Assembly (NCBI GenBank): GCA_964016885.1
Contig: OZ024742.1
Location: 193,316,001-193,380,000, forward strand
DNA from: Eledone cirrhosa
Lineage: Eukaryota
Direction of reading: 5' to 3'
Length of the DNA: 64,000 nucleotides
Under the pieces are notes generated by a model. It was not told where the DNA came from, ran no database searches, and was given only the letters and a program-made list of their open reading frames with translations. Positions 39,802-54,156 of the stretch are shown here, piece after piece. Position numbers and translations under genes: made by a program. Every line of letters begins with the position of its first letter. Position 1 is the first letter of the stretch.

Positions 39802-42242
39802 TTAATTAGGTTTATAATATTTAAATGTTTTTTTTAGTTTATGATTACACGATATAATTAATTCCTGTCGTTTATTTAATAAGATATCCTTAGACTTCAT
39901 TATTTCAAATAGTTCTTGGGAACATAATCTACATTCATTTCTATTATTTTGATAAGGGGTGGCTCTTTTGAGCACACTCCAGGTCAAATCATATTCTATA
40001 TTCTTATTTTTATAACTATTGATTTTTTCTGCTAGAGATGTTGTATTAGCCAGTGCGGTATTTTTAAAACTATGCTTGTGGGTATTAAACCTTGTCTTAA
40101 AATTGTTAGAGGTAGCTCCTATATATGAGCAAATAGAATCTTTAGTTTTAACATTACATTTATAGACTATGTTGTTAACAAGACAATTCCCTTTTAATGG
40201 GCAGTTTGCTTTGTTTCTACAGTTACATCCTTTCGTTAATTCTGTATTTGAGGAGATATTATGGTTAATTTGATGTACTGGTGGTATACTTATGGTTTTC
40301 TTACATTTATATGCATTATATGCACTTATATTTTGTTTTATGTTATTTGTTGTAGAGTATGAGAATTTAACTGTAGACCTATTTAAGATTTGATGGTATT
40401 TGTGGTTTGGCGGGAAGTTTTTCTCAAGGATATAAAAAAATTTTTTAGCAATATTATCCTTAACTTGTAAATTAAAAGGAGCATTATACCAAGTAACCCG
40501 TCTATTACGGTTTCTATGTTGTTTATTATTTTTATTATTTTTATAGGTTGTATCGTGATTTTTACTAGGAGGATTAATGTTAATGATCTCACCACAACTA
40601 TTTTTAGTTATATTTGTAGATTTAGGTGTTTTATCCTTTTTATTAGGAGTTTTATTATTAATATTTATTAGAGTTGTATGATGAGTAGTTTTTTGAGAGT
40701 TACTATACTTTATATTAGAAGATTTGGTATTTTGGGGTATAGTGTGGGTGGCATTTAGGTGTGTACTTTTCATTTGGTGTTTGTTGGTAATATTATGTTG
40801 TATGCTTTCAGTATTTTTAGTAGAAGGTATATACTCTAATCTATTTTTGTGGCCACTTCTATCTAGAGCTTCGTTATAGAAGGTCGCATTTTTATCAAAT
40901 ACATCTTGGTTAGAAGAAAGGTTAGAAATTCTAAGTGATATATTATATGCAAGGTTTTTAAGGATAGATTTAGGGTGATTAGATTGTGAGTGTATGTAAT
41001 GTAAGTTTTGGTTAGGTTTATGGTAAGGTTGGTAGATACCCGTAGCTAAATCTAAAGTTATATCTAGGAAATTTACTACTTTACTTGTTTTTTCAAAAGT
41101 AATATTAAGATTATAATAGTCTTTAAGGAAAGTTCTAATATGTTTTTTGTTTTTTTCAATTTCTGAAAGGCTAAGGTTGTTAGAAAGAAGAAGACAGTCA
41201 TCACGATATAAACCACCTTTGAGGTGGGGAAAAGAGGCATTTATGTTGAAAAGGAGAAAGAGGCCCACAAGATCAGTAATTTGGGCGGAATCGCTTGAAC
41301 CCATAGTAATATCAAAAAGATTACTATATGTGTTTCTGGTCCAGTATTCATTCTGAAATTCAATAAGTGTTAGTCTAGCATGTGTAATAATATTAATGTC
41401 ATCCAAAGTTAAGTTAGATCTATTTTTAGCAAATATCAATGCTTTGTTCAGGAGTATAGGTGATATAGAAGAATAGTAATTATCTATATCAAATTGTAGG
41501 AAAGAAGCAGAAGATTTACACCTAATATTTTTAAACCAGTTAATTACCTGGGAGGTGTTTTCCCAGAGTGGTAAAATAACGTGTTTTCTTATTTGTGGGA
41601 TGACTCTATCTAAAGTTTTTTTGCTAATTATTCCAATATCTGATTTGGAGGGACATATAAGTCTAATAGAAGGATTTGAGTTAAAGTTAGATTTGTGATC
41701 TTTCAGGTTGAAGTGTGGTCTTTTCAATGCCAAAGGTTCAGTTCTATCTTCAATGTTTAGTTTTTTTACTATGTTGTGTGTTTTGTTGTTGATGTTGGTG
41801 AGTGACACATTATTAGATTTTTTATAATTTTTTCTGAGTTCTTTATATATGAACTCGTTATAATGTTCAATATCCATATGATACAAGTTACCAGTTTTGT
41901 CCGAGTGGACATGGATTTTTTTAGACTTTTTAGGTCCAATAGGGTAGAATCAAGGTCCTTTTGAAAGACGGATTTATACTTTTTAAATTTGAGGTGTTTA
42001 ATTAAATTAAAAAGGTCTTTCTCGAAGTCTTCAAGTAAAAAGTTGTGCGGTGGATTCTTGTAAGTATTGAAATCATACATATATTTCCGATCTGCTTGTT
42101 TAGATTTTCTATCGAAGTGGTAGGCTCTCCATCTAACCCTTCTGATAAAATTATTAGTTTTCTGAATCATAAGGAGTAAGAAGTCATCCTTAGAAGGTAT
42201 TGGTATGTTTTTTAAGGAGGTTCCTAAATATTGTTTTTCCAT
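39802..42242 (-). CDS. PLE reverse transcriptase + GIY-YIG endonuclease (~810 aa), one frameshift at 41916-41922
   Basis: SLKNIPIPS..FIRRVRWRAYHF; SDKTGNLY across the frameshift; FDIDNYY; MGSSDS; GLYRDD; NFLDITL; WYNAPF; CNCRNKANCPLKGNC; IVY..YIG; CRLC..CNH. Confidence 0.93.
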
Positions 42243-42585
42243 TGTGATATGGATGATGGACAATTGAAAGAGCTCAACTAAATGTATATGGGTTTACAAA
42301 ATCATACATATATATATGTATATACATAAATATAAAATTAATACACACATACAGTACAAAAATACGAATATTTCCGTGAAAATAGGAGCAAAATTATGTA
42401 GATAAATCTACCAAGAGTTTACGGTAGTGTCCAATCCGTATGAAGAACTCAATGTATTCCGGATATCATGGAAAGAAGAGATGTAATGAAAAATCACTTT
42501 CGGTGAAAGATAAACGGTATACAGAGTCAAGATAAAATATTAAACAAATAATGAATAAACAATTCCTTATATTAAACAAAAAAAG

Positions 42586-42739
42586 TTCATTATTTAACGA
42601 TCGTTTCTAGGATATATATGTGTTAGAATTGGTATGCATATTCAACAGATCTATGTACAAAATTATATAAAATTATACAAATTATCAAGATTAAATATAC
42701 ATACCAACACATATATACGCCGTCTTCAGAAATAATGAA
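42586..42739 (-). ncRNA. Type I hammerhead with 115-nt stem II (5' pseudo-LTR)
   Basis: Same sequence as 35528-35681. Confidence 0.7.
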
Positions 42740-43625
42740 GTATATTTATTGATAATAACAACAATTCAAAATTTCAGCTCCGTTTGGGAACAAAATTGAC
42801 CAATGAAAACACAAAGGGTTAAATGCAGTTCGGTGTGTGTATATACATGTAAAACCCTTACACATATTTTACAAAAATGTATGTATAATTTGTATACGCA
42901 TACTAAAAGGATGGATGCAAATACAAAATTTCAAGGTTAATGTCTCTGTAAGTTTATAATGCACAGATAAGATGCGTATTGACACTTATGAAATTAAGTA
43001 TATAAATATATTTTTTCATACTCACACATATCCGTACAATCACACATACACGCGCGTATATGCATAAATATACACATAACCACGAACATACAAACACACA
43101 CACACACCCCCACTCACATTTATATATGTGGATATAAAATCATAAGCACATGGATATTAATTCACTCACATAAAACACTGGCACACACATTTTTAGATCA
43201 AGATACAGAAATTAGGTGGGAGGGTGGGGGAGAGGTCAGTATTCAACGGTCTGAGCAGACTGCCTAATATAGATGTATCTATAAACTAAGAAAATAAAAA
43301 ATAATAAATAAACATTAAAGAGGAAAGAATAGAAAGAAAACAGAAAAAAGAAAAAAGAAAAAAGAAATATATCAAGAAAATAAATATATATATATACATA
43401 TATACACATACATATATATATATATATATATACACACACATATATATATATAATATACATATATATACACATAGACACACACACACACATATATAAATAT
43501 ACACACATATACAAACACATACATACATATACACACATCCACACTAAGAACATACATACACACATATATATAAACATATACATATACACACATACATACA
43601 TATACACATATACATACAAATACAC

Positions 43626-43674
<49 letters not shown>

Positions 43675-44045
43675 TATGTATATACACGTACATATATACA
43701 CACATATACATATAATCACACATACTATATAGACACAGATATATATAACCACACACATACATGCACATATACAACACTTACATACTAATATACATACAGA
43801 TATACACATACATAGCTATATATACACACAAATATATACAGACTTACATATATACATACAGACAAATACTTACGCATCTATATATCGGTATATACATACA
43901 AACACCATTACACTATCACACAACTTAGAAATACAAAGAGAAAGGTATATACCTATACACACATACATATACAAATAGAAAAACATATAGATATATATAT
44001 ATATATATATACACACACATATACATATACATATATATATATAAC

Positions 44046-44078
<33 letters not shown>

Positions 44079-44254
44079 CATATACACATACACACACATA
44101 CACATATACACACGTTATTTTACCACTCTGGGAAAACACCTCCCAGGTAATTAACTGGTTTAAAAATATTAGGTGTAAATCTTCTGCTTCTTTCCTACAA
44201 TTTGATATAGATAATTACTATTCTTCTATATCACCTATACTCCTGAACAAAGCA

Positions 44255-45892
44255 TTGATATTTGCTAAAAATAGATCTAACTTAACTTTGGATGACATTA
44301 ATATTATTACACATGCTAGACTAACACTTATTGAATTTCAGAATGAATACTGGACCAGAAACACATATAGTAATCTTTTTGATATTACTATGGGTTCAAG
44401 CGATTCCGCCCAAATTACTGATCTTGTGGGCCTCTTTCTCCTTTTCAACATAAATGCCTCTTTTCTCCACCTCAAAGGTGGTTTATATCGTGATGACTGT
44501 CTTCTTCTTTCTAACAACCTTAGCCTTTCAGAAATTGAAAAAAACAAAAAACATATTAGAACTTTCCTTAAAGACTATTATAATCTTAATATTACTTTTG
44601 AAAAAACAAGTAAAGTAGTAAATTTCCTAGATATAACTTTAGATTTAGCTACGGGTATCTACCAACCTTACCATAAACCTAACCAAAACTTACATTACAT
44701 ACACTCACAATCTAATCACCCTAAATCTATCCTTAAAAACCTTGCATATAATATATCACTTAGAATTTCTAACCTTTCTTCTAACCAAGATGTATTTGAT
44801 AAAAATGCGACCTTCTATAACGAAGCTCTAGATAGAAGTGGCCACAAAAATAGATTAGAGTATATACCTTCTACTAAAAATACTGAAAGCATACAACATA
44901 ATATTACCAACAAACACCAAATGAAAAGTACACACCTAAATGCCACCCACACTATACCCCAAAATACCAAATCTTCTAATATAAAGTATAGTAACTCTCA
45001 AAAAACTACTCATCATACAACTCTAATAAATATTAATAATAAAACTCCTAATAAAAAGGATAAAACACCTAAATCTACAAATATAACTAAAAATAGTTGT
45101 GGTGAGATCATTAACATTAATCCTCCTAGTAAAAATCACGATACAACCTATAAAAATAATAAAAATAATAAACAACATAGAAACCGTAATAGACGGGTTA
45201 CTTGGTATAATGCTCCTTTTAATTTACAAGTTAAGGATAATATTGCTAAAAAATTTTTTTATATCCTTGAGAAAAACTTCCCGCCAAACCACAAATACCA
45301 TCAAATCTTAAATAGGTCTACAGTTAAATTCTCATACTCTACAACAAATAACATAAAACAAAATATAAGTGCATATAATGCATATAAATGTAAGAAAACC
45401 ATAAGTATACCACCAGTACATCAAATTAACCATAATATCTCCTCAAATACAGAATTAACGAAAGGATGTAACTGTAGAAACAAAGCAAACTGCCCATTAA
45501 AAGGGAATTGTCTTGTTAACAACATAGTCTATAAATGTAATGTTAAAACTAAAGATTCTATTTGCTCATATATAGGAGCTACCTCTAACAATTTTAAGAC
45601 AAGGTTTAATACCCACAAGCATAGTTTTAAAAATACCGCACTGGCTAATACAACATCTCTAGCAGAAAAAATCAATAGTTATAAAAATAAGAATATAGAA
45701 TATGATTTGACCTGGAGTGTGCTCAAAAGAGCCACCCCTTATCAAAATAATAGAAATGAATGTAGATTATGTTCCCAAGAACTATTTGAAATAATGAAGT
45801 CTAAGGATATCTTATTAAATAAACGACAGGAATTAATTATATCGTGTAATCATAAACTAAAAAAAACATTTAAATATTATAAACCTAATTAA
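44255..45892 (+). CDS. 5'-truncated PLE RT/GIY-YIG ORF
   Basis: Matches the C-terminal ~545 aa of 39802-41886 except NASFPHL>NASFLHL. Confidence 0.85.
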   Translation: MIFAKNRSNLTLDDINIITHARLTLIEFQNEYWTRNTYSNLFDITMGSSDSAQITDLVGLFLLFNINASFLHLKGGLYRDDCLLLSNNLSLSEIEKNKKHIRTFLKDYYNLNITFEKTSKVVNFLDITLDLATGIYQPYHKPNQNLHYIHSQSNHPKSILKNLAYNISLRISNLSSNQDVFDKNATFYNEALDRSGHKNRLEYIPSTKNTESIQHNITNKHQMKSTHLNATHTIPQNTKSSNIKYSNSQKTTHHTTLININNKTPNKKDKTPKSTNITKNSCGEIININPPSKNHDTTYKNNKNNKQHRNRNRRVTWYNAPFNLQVKDNIAKKFFYILEKNFPPNHKYHQILNRSTVKFSYSTTNNIKQNISAYNAYKCKKTISIPPVHQINHNISSNTELTKGCNCRNKANCPLKGNCLVNNIVYKCNVKTKDSICSYIGATSNNFKTRFNTHKHSFKNTALANTTSLAEKINSYKNKNIEYDLTWSVLKRATPYQNNRNECRLCSQELFEIMKSKDILLNKRQELIISCNHKLKKTFKYYKPN

Positions 45893-47289
45893 TAACATTA
45901 TTTTAGAAATTAATTTAATTTAAATGTTAGTTAACCTATAAATTTAATTTAATTAAAATTTTATTACAGATGAGAATATAAAATATTATGTAATCATAAA
46001 TTGTGAAAAACCTTTAAATATTACTAATATATACTTAGTAATTTAATTTATAGATTAATTTTAATTTATTTAAACCTTTTATTATAATTCTTTTACAGAT
46101 AAAATATAACAAAATAATATCGTGTATCCAATGACAGAGAAATAATTTTTAGTATTATAGACCTAATTAATATACATTTTAGAAATATATTTATAATTTG
46201 GTTTTAATTTTGATCAACCTAAAAATTTAATTTTAATTTGCTTAAAATTAGTATCCTTATACAGACGAATTGCAGAATGTCATGTAATCATAGAATGGGA
46301 TGTGTTTTGGATATATACCTAGTTAATATATTCTATGCAATTTTTTTGAAAAAGATATGTATATGTATATGTGTATGTGTATGTGTGTGTGTACGTATAT
46401 GTGTATATATGTATATATATATATATGTGTATATATATGTATATATGTATGTGTATGTATATGTATATGTATATGTATTAGTTTTGATTTCTATTTGCAT
46501 ATAATTATATTATGCTATTGATAAAATACAATATCTGCTTTATGTATTATATACCTAATTAACATATACTATAGAAATAAATATATAATTTTTAATTTAG
46601 TTAACCTATAATTTATATTCTACTACCGATGTAATACTTTATTTTATTTGTTTTTTCCCTATTACTAAATTCATTTCCTAATATTGATACCATAACGTTA
46701 TTAACTTTAATTTAGTTATACTATAATTGATACTCTACTACTATTTAACTTCAAAATTCTGCTTCAAATATTATAAACCTAACTAATTTACACCTTAGAA
46801 ATCAATATGTTAACTATCTTTGGTTTAGTTAACATATAGTTAATGGTATACTTGTTTATTTTGAGATGCATAGATTTTGCCTTTTCTTGTTTGTTGTATT
46901 TCCTAACACTGAAACTATGTAAAAACATACATTGGATAAAGATACGGAAAATATTCTATGTTTCTTGAAACATATATTTACTATGATCCCCTTCTCCAAA
47001 CCCCCCCTTTCCCCCATACTATTATCATCTGTATTTGTAAGCGTGTATGTATGAATATATATGTAGGTAGGTGTCTATATAGGTTTGGGTATTTATATCT
47101 AAATATAAAAATACATATATGCGCATGCAAATATGAATGTAAGATTGTGTGTGTATATATGAGTGTGTGTATGTATGTATATATGTGTATATATGCATGT
47201 ATATATGTATGTGTATGTGAATGTGTGTATGTATATGTGTATGTATATATATATGTATGTATATATGTGTATATATGTATATATAGGAA

Positions 47290-47320
<31 letters not shown>

Positions 47321-47533
47321 GTATATGTGTGTGTATGTATGTGTGTGTATGTGTGTTGTATATATATATGTATGTCTCTCTATTTATATGTCTATCTTCG
47401 TATCTATGTGATATATGTGTGTGTGTGTGCATGTATGCACATATATGTGTTTATGTGTATATATGTGTGTATATATGTGTGTGTGCACACACACATATAT
47501 ATGTGAGTGTGTATATGTGTCTGTGTATATGTA

Positions 47534-47585
<52 letters not shown>

Positions 47586-47649
47586 TGTCTATGTGTGAAT
47601 ATATGTCTATATTCGTATGTGTGTATATATGTATGTATATGTTTATATG

Positions 47650-47714
<65 letters not shown>

Positions 47715-47979
47715 TTTTATTATTATAATATAACTTATGTGTATGTGTGTATATGTGAGGTTGTGTATGTGTATATAATATGTGTATATATAAGTGTAAA
47801 AAAATATATATATATATGTGCATGTCTGTTTTTTATGTGTGTGTATATATATATATATATATGCGTGTGTATATATATGTATATGTGGGTGTTTGTATGT
47901 GTATTTATGGTGGTATGAGTGTGTGGGTATCTATATATATATATGTATGAATGTATGTGTGTATATATATATATATGTA

Positions 47980-48020
<41 letters not shown>

Positions 48021-48373
48021 ATATATATCTCTATTAATGCGTGTATATATGTATATACGTATGCCTTTTTATTATTATTTTTATTTGTATGTCTGAGTTA
48101 GGTGAGGTTGTAGTGGTGTTTTTATGTATATACGCATATATGGATGCGTATGTATTTGTATATATGAGTATAAGTAAGTGCATATGTATGTATGATTATA
48201 TATCTAATTCTATGTATGAATATACATGTATATATATGTGTGTATGTAAGTTGTGTGTGTATGTATGTATATGTCTATGTGTGTATATATATATGTATGT
48301 ATATCGATGTACGTATATGTATGTACAAGTATGTCTATGTATGTGTGTATGTATGTGTATGTATATTTATGTG

Positions 48374-48412
<39 letters not shown>

Positions 48413-48480
48413 ATATATATATATATATGTATATATCTTTATTATTTATTTTTTATATATATGTGTATGTGTGTATGTGT

Positions 48481-48511
<31 letters not shown>

Positions 48512-49054
48512 CTTTATATATGTGTATGTGTATGTTCGTGTAGGTGTATGTGTGTATATGACTTTATATGTATGTGTGTATGTGTGTATGCGTAAATATT
48601 TCTATGTGTGTGTACATGTATGTATGTGTGTATATGTGTATGTGTGTGTATGTGTATATGTATGTGTATATATATATATATATATGTTATATGTATATAT
48701 GTATATGTATATGTGTGTGTATATATATATATATATATCTATATGTTTTTCTATTTGTATATGTATGTGTGTATAGGTATATACCTTTCTCTTTGTATTT
48801 CTAAGTTGTGTGATAGTGTAGTGGTGTTTGTATGTATATACCGATATATAGATGCGTAAGTATTTGTCTGTATGTATATATGTAAGTCTGTATATATTTG
48901 TGTGTATATATAGCTATGTATGTGTATATCTGTATGTATATTAGTATGTAAGTGTTGTATATGTGCATGTATGTGTGTGGTTATATATATCTGTGTCTAT
49001 ATAGTATGTGTGATTATATGTATATGTGTGTATATATGTACGTGTATATACATA

Positions 49055-49101
<47 letters not shown>

Positions 49102-49985
49102 GTGTATTTGTATGTATATGTGTATATGTATGTATGTGTGTATATGTATATGTTTATATATATGTGTGTATGTATGTTCTTAGTGTGGATGTGTGTATAT
49201 GTATGTATGTGTTTGTATATGTGTGTATATTTATATATGTGTGTGTGTGTGTCTATGTGTATATATATGTATATTATATATATATATGTGTGTGTATATA
49301 TATATATATATATATGTATGTGTATATATGTATATATATATATTTATTTTCTTGATATATTTCTTTTTTCTTTTTTCTTTTTTCTGTTTTCTTTCTATTC
49401 TTTCCTCTTTAATGTTTATTTATTATTTTTTATTTTCTTAGTTTATAGATACATCTATATTAGGCAGTCTGCTCAGACCGTTGAATACTGACCTGTCCCC
49501 CCCCCTCCCACCTAATTTCTGTATCTTGATCTAAAAATGTGTGTGCCAGTGTTTTATGTGAGTGAATTAATATCCATGTGCTTATGATTTTATATCCACA
49601 TATATAAATGTGAGTGGGGGTGTGTGTGTGTTTGTATGTTCGTGGTTATGTGTATATTTATGCATATACGCGCGTGTATGTGTGATTGTACGGATATGTG
49701 TGAGTATGAAAAAATATATTTATATACTTAATTTCATAAGTGTCAATACGCATCTTATCTGTGCATTATAAACTTACAGAGACATTAACCTTGAAATTTT
49801 GTATTTGCATCCATCGTTTTAGTATGCGTATACAAATTATACATACATTTTTGTAAAATATGTGTAAGGGTTTTACATGTATATACACACACCGAACTGC
49901 ATTTAACCCTTTGTGTTTTCATTGGTCAATTTTGTTCCCAAACGGACCTGAAATTTTGAATTGTTGTTATTATCAATAAATATAC

Positions 49986-50139
49986 TTCATTATTTCTGAA
50001 GACGGCGTATATATGTGTTGGTATGTATATTTAATCTTGATAATTTGTATAATTTTATATAATTTTGTACATAGATCTGTTGAATATGCATACCAATTCT
50101 AACACATATATATCCTAGAAACGATCGTTAAATAATGAA
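49986..50139 (+). ncRNA. Type I hammerhead with 115-nt stem II
   Basis: TTCATTATTT-CTGAAGA-[CGGCGTATATATGTGTTGG..CTAACACATATATATCCTA]-GAAA-CGATCG-TT-AAATAATGAA; 10-bp stem I, palindromic stem III. Confidence 0.72.
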
Positions 50140-50229
50140 CTTTTTTTGTTTAATATAAGGAATTGTTTATTCATTATTTGTTTAATATTTTATATGTATA
50201 TGTATATATATATATATATGTATATATAT

Positions 50230-50527
50230 AAATGCAGTAATTCCGTCGGAAAAGTCCAGGAAAAAAGACTGCTCTATGTAGGTAACAGAGCTTAATAGTT
50301 ATGTAATAAACAACATAAGGCAATTATTTCATTTACCAGTCGTTTCTTAAAAGGATAAACGTTTTGCTTTCAATCATCAGAAAGAAAAAATCCTGGTGTA
50401 TTTATTGACGTTGGATTTTAAAATCCAACGTCAATAAATAAACCATGATTTTTTCTTTCTGATGATTGAAAGCAACATTGTTTTGCTTTTAAGAAACCAC
50501 CGTTAAATGAAATAATTGCCTTATGTT
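50230..50527. mobile_element. Loop-less fold-back mini-element with ambisense hammerheads
   Basis: Palindrome 50312-50527 centred at 50419/50420; hammerheads at 50328-50386 (-) and 50453-50511 (+). Confidence 0.8.
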
Positions 50528-50555
50528 TGAATTGATGTTATATATATATAAATTG

Positions 50556-52090
<1,535 letters not shown>

Positions 52091-54045
52091 CATTGGTATC
52101 TTTATTTTGAACTCTTTGAGTCGGAAAATTCCTCAACTTCGCGGTGGAATTTATCGTGGCGATGGACTCCTTACCATCTTAAATTGCAACATAGTTAACC
52201 TTAATATTATTAAGAACAATATACGTAATCTCTTTAATCAACATAACCTAAAAATTGAATTTGATAACAGCATCAAACTAGCTAATTTCTTGGATGTATC
52301 TCTTAATATTGGCACGGGCCTATATTACCCTTACCATAAAAACAATGTGAACCTAAATTATGTTAATTTTAAATCTAACCACCCTACTAATATTAAGAAT
52401 GCTATAGTTAGTAATATTGGAAAAAGAATATCTAACATATCTTCTAATAAAAACATCTTCGATGCTAACCCCAATTACTATAATAACACAACTTCGCTAA
52501 ATGTTCTCAATCCCATTCTAAATCAAGAAACTATTATTCCTATCGCAAATAACTTCTCCAATCCAATTATTTCTATAGATAACACTAGGTCACTCGTTAA
52601 TAATCTCTCTAATCGCAATTGCAATTGCCCTGCTAAAAATAAATGTCCTCTCAACAACCATTGTCTTGATAAAAACTTAATCTACGATTGTAAAGTTATA
52701 ACTGACACCAATTCCTTCACCTATTTTGGCTCCACTTCCACCTCCTTTAAAGCTCGTCTTTATAATCATCATTCGTCTTTTAAATACCAACTTAAAAGAA
52801 CCAACACGGCTCTCTCAGAACTCATATGGTCCTTGAAAGACAAAAATATTAAATATAACATCTCTTGGAAAAAGGTTTCTTCTGCTTCCTCATACTTGAA
52901 CAGTTCTCTATCCAAGACTTGCAATCTCTGTCTAAATGAAAAATTTACCATTATATCTAATTTAGATTCTATAACAAATAGACGCACTGACTTGTTTTCT
53001 ATCTGCTTGCATACATTCCACAGAACATTCCATAAAGTATACAGCTAATATCCTAAACTATATCAATTCAGAATCCTTTTCTCAAAGGCATATATATATA
53101 TATATACTTCTTTAAAAATATACCCATCTTTCTACCTTATTCCAAATTTATTTATTATACATTATATAATACATGTTACTCATTCTATATCACTCCTATT
53201 TATCACTTCCCTTTCTTCCTTTTCCTTTTCTTTTCTTTTTCTTTTAATTTCTAACCCCTAATCTGTACCTTTTCTCACTGTGCCTAATGTAGAAACAATT
53301 ATTACACAATACAATATATTCTTACTTTATATCACCTTGAAAAAATCCTTCGTAAACATAAACATTTTTTTTTTGACGTTAGATTAGTCATCCTCTATCA
53401 ATTATTTTTTTCTCACTTTCATCTAACTTATTCATGCTCATCTCACAATATATCCTTACTTACATTACTCTTGTTTTTTTAATAATACATATAAACATTT
53501 TCTTTCCATCGCACATATTATTAAACCCTTAAATATTATTCTTAATACATATTAACAATTTCTTTTCAACGCACATATTATTAAACCATTCAACATACAA
53601 ACCTTAACTTTACATTATTTTTCTCTTCGTTAATTTTCAAATTCTTTTAATTTATACATTTTCCAACGGTTTTTCAACCTCTCTATGTAAAACAATAGAT
53701 TTTTCTCAGTTATAAAAGCTATCTCTCTCTCTCTCTATCACCCATCTCTCCTCCTATCTTATCCTTCCTCATTATACTCCTCCCCCTCCACTTTTTACTC
53801 TCATCTCCTCCTCTTTTTCACCCCCCCCCCTCAAAAACATTTTTTTCCCCAATATCACACATCAATTTAAAACTACTTTTCATATGTTGATTTAAAACTG
53901 CACTATCCACAAGTGATTTTAACGTTCATATCATGTCTTCCCATTTTATCTGATGAAAACACAAATGTTATTGCATGATGATATTTGTTTTTGAAATGTG
54001 CATAATAAAATACATGGAACTCATTTAACCATCTTTTGATCTTAT
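52091..54045 (+). mobile_element. Second Naiad-type PLE, 5'-truncated and internally deleted
   Basis: ORF 52107-53048: GGIYRGD (YRDD mutated), NFLDVSL, CNC..CPL..CL, LIY..YFGST, CNLC..CLH; lacks the WYNAPF block; 3' hammerhead then (TA)n. Confidence 0.9.
53943..54011 (+). ncRNA. Type I hammerhead ribozyme
   Basis: ATTTTAT-CTGATGA-[AAACACAAAT..ATTTGTTTTT]-GAAA-TGTGCA-TA-ATAAAAT. Confidence 0.8.
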
Positions 54046-54111
54046 ATATATATATATATATATATATTAAGAGAGTAAAACAAAGAATCCTTTAATACGT
54101 CAAAAGTTTGT

Positions 54112-54156
54112 ATTAGCCGACAATGTTTCGTCCTATTAAGGACTCATCAGGGCAAT
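54112..54156 (-). ncRNA. Minimal type I hammerhead ribozyme
   Basis: Reverse complement of 57115-57159. Confidence 0.88.

Larger units (their letters stand above)
35337..44112 (-). mobile_element. Penelope-like retroelement (Naiad-type), near full length, with tandem pseudo-LTRs
   Basis: RT+GIY-YIG ORF; 42396-44112 directly repeats 35337-~37060; ends in (TA)n. Confidence 0.95.
44113..50192 (+). mobile_element. Inverted 5'-truncated copy of the same PLE
   Basis: Reverse complement of ~35474-41582. Confidence 0.95.
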
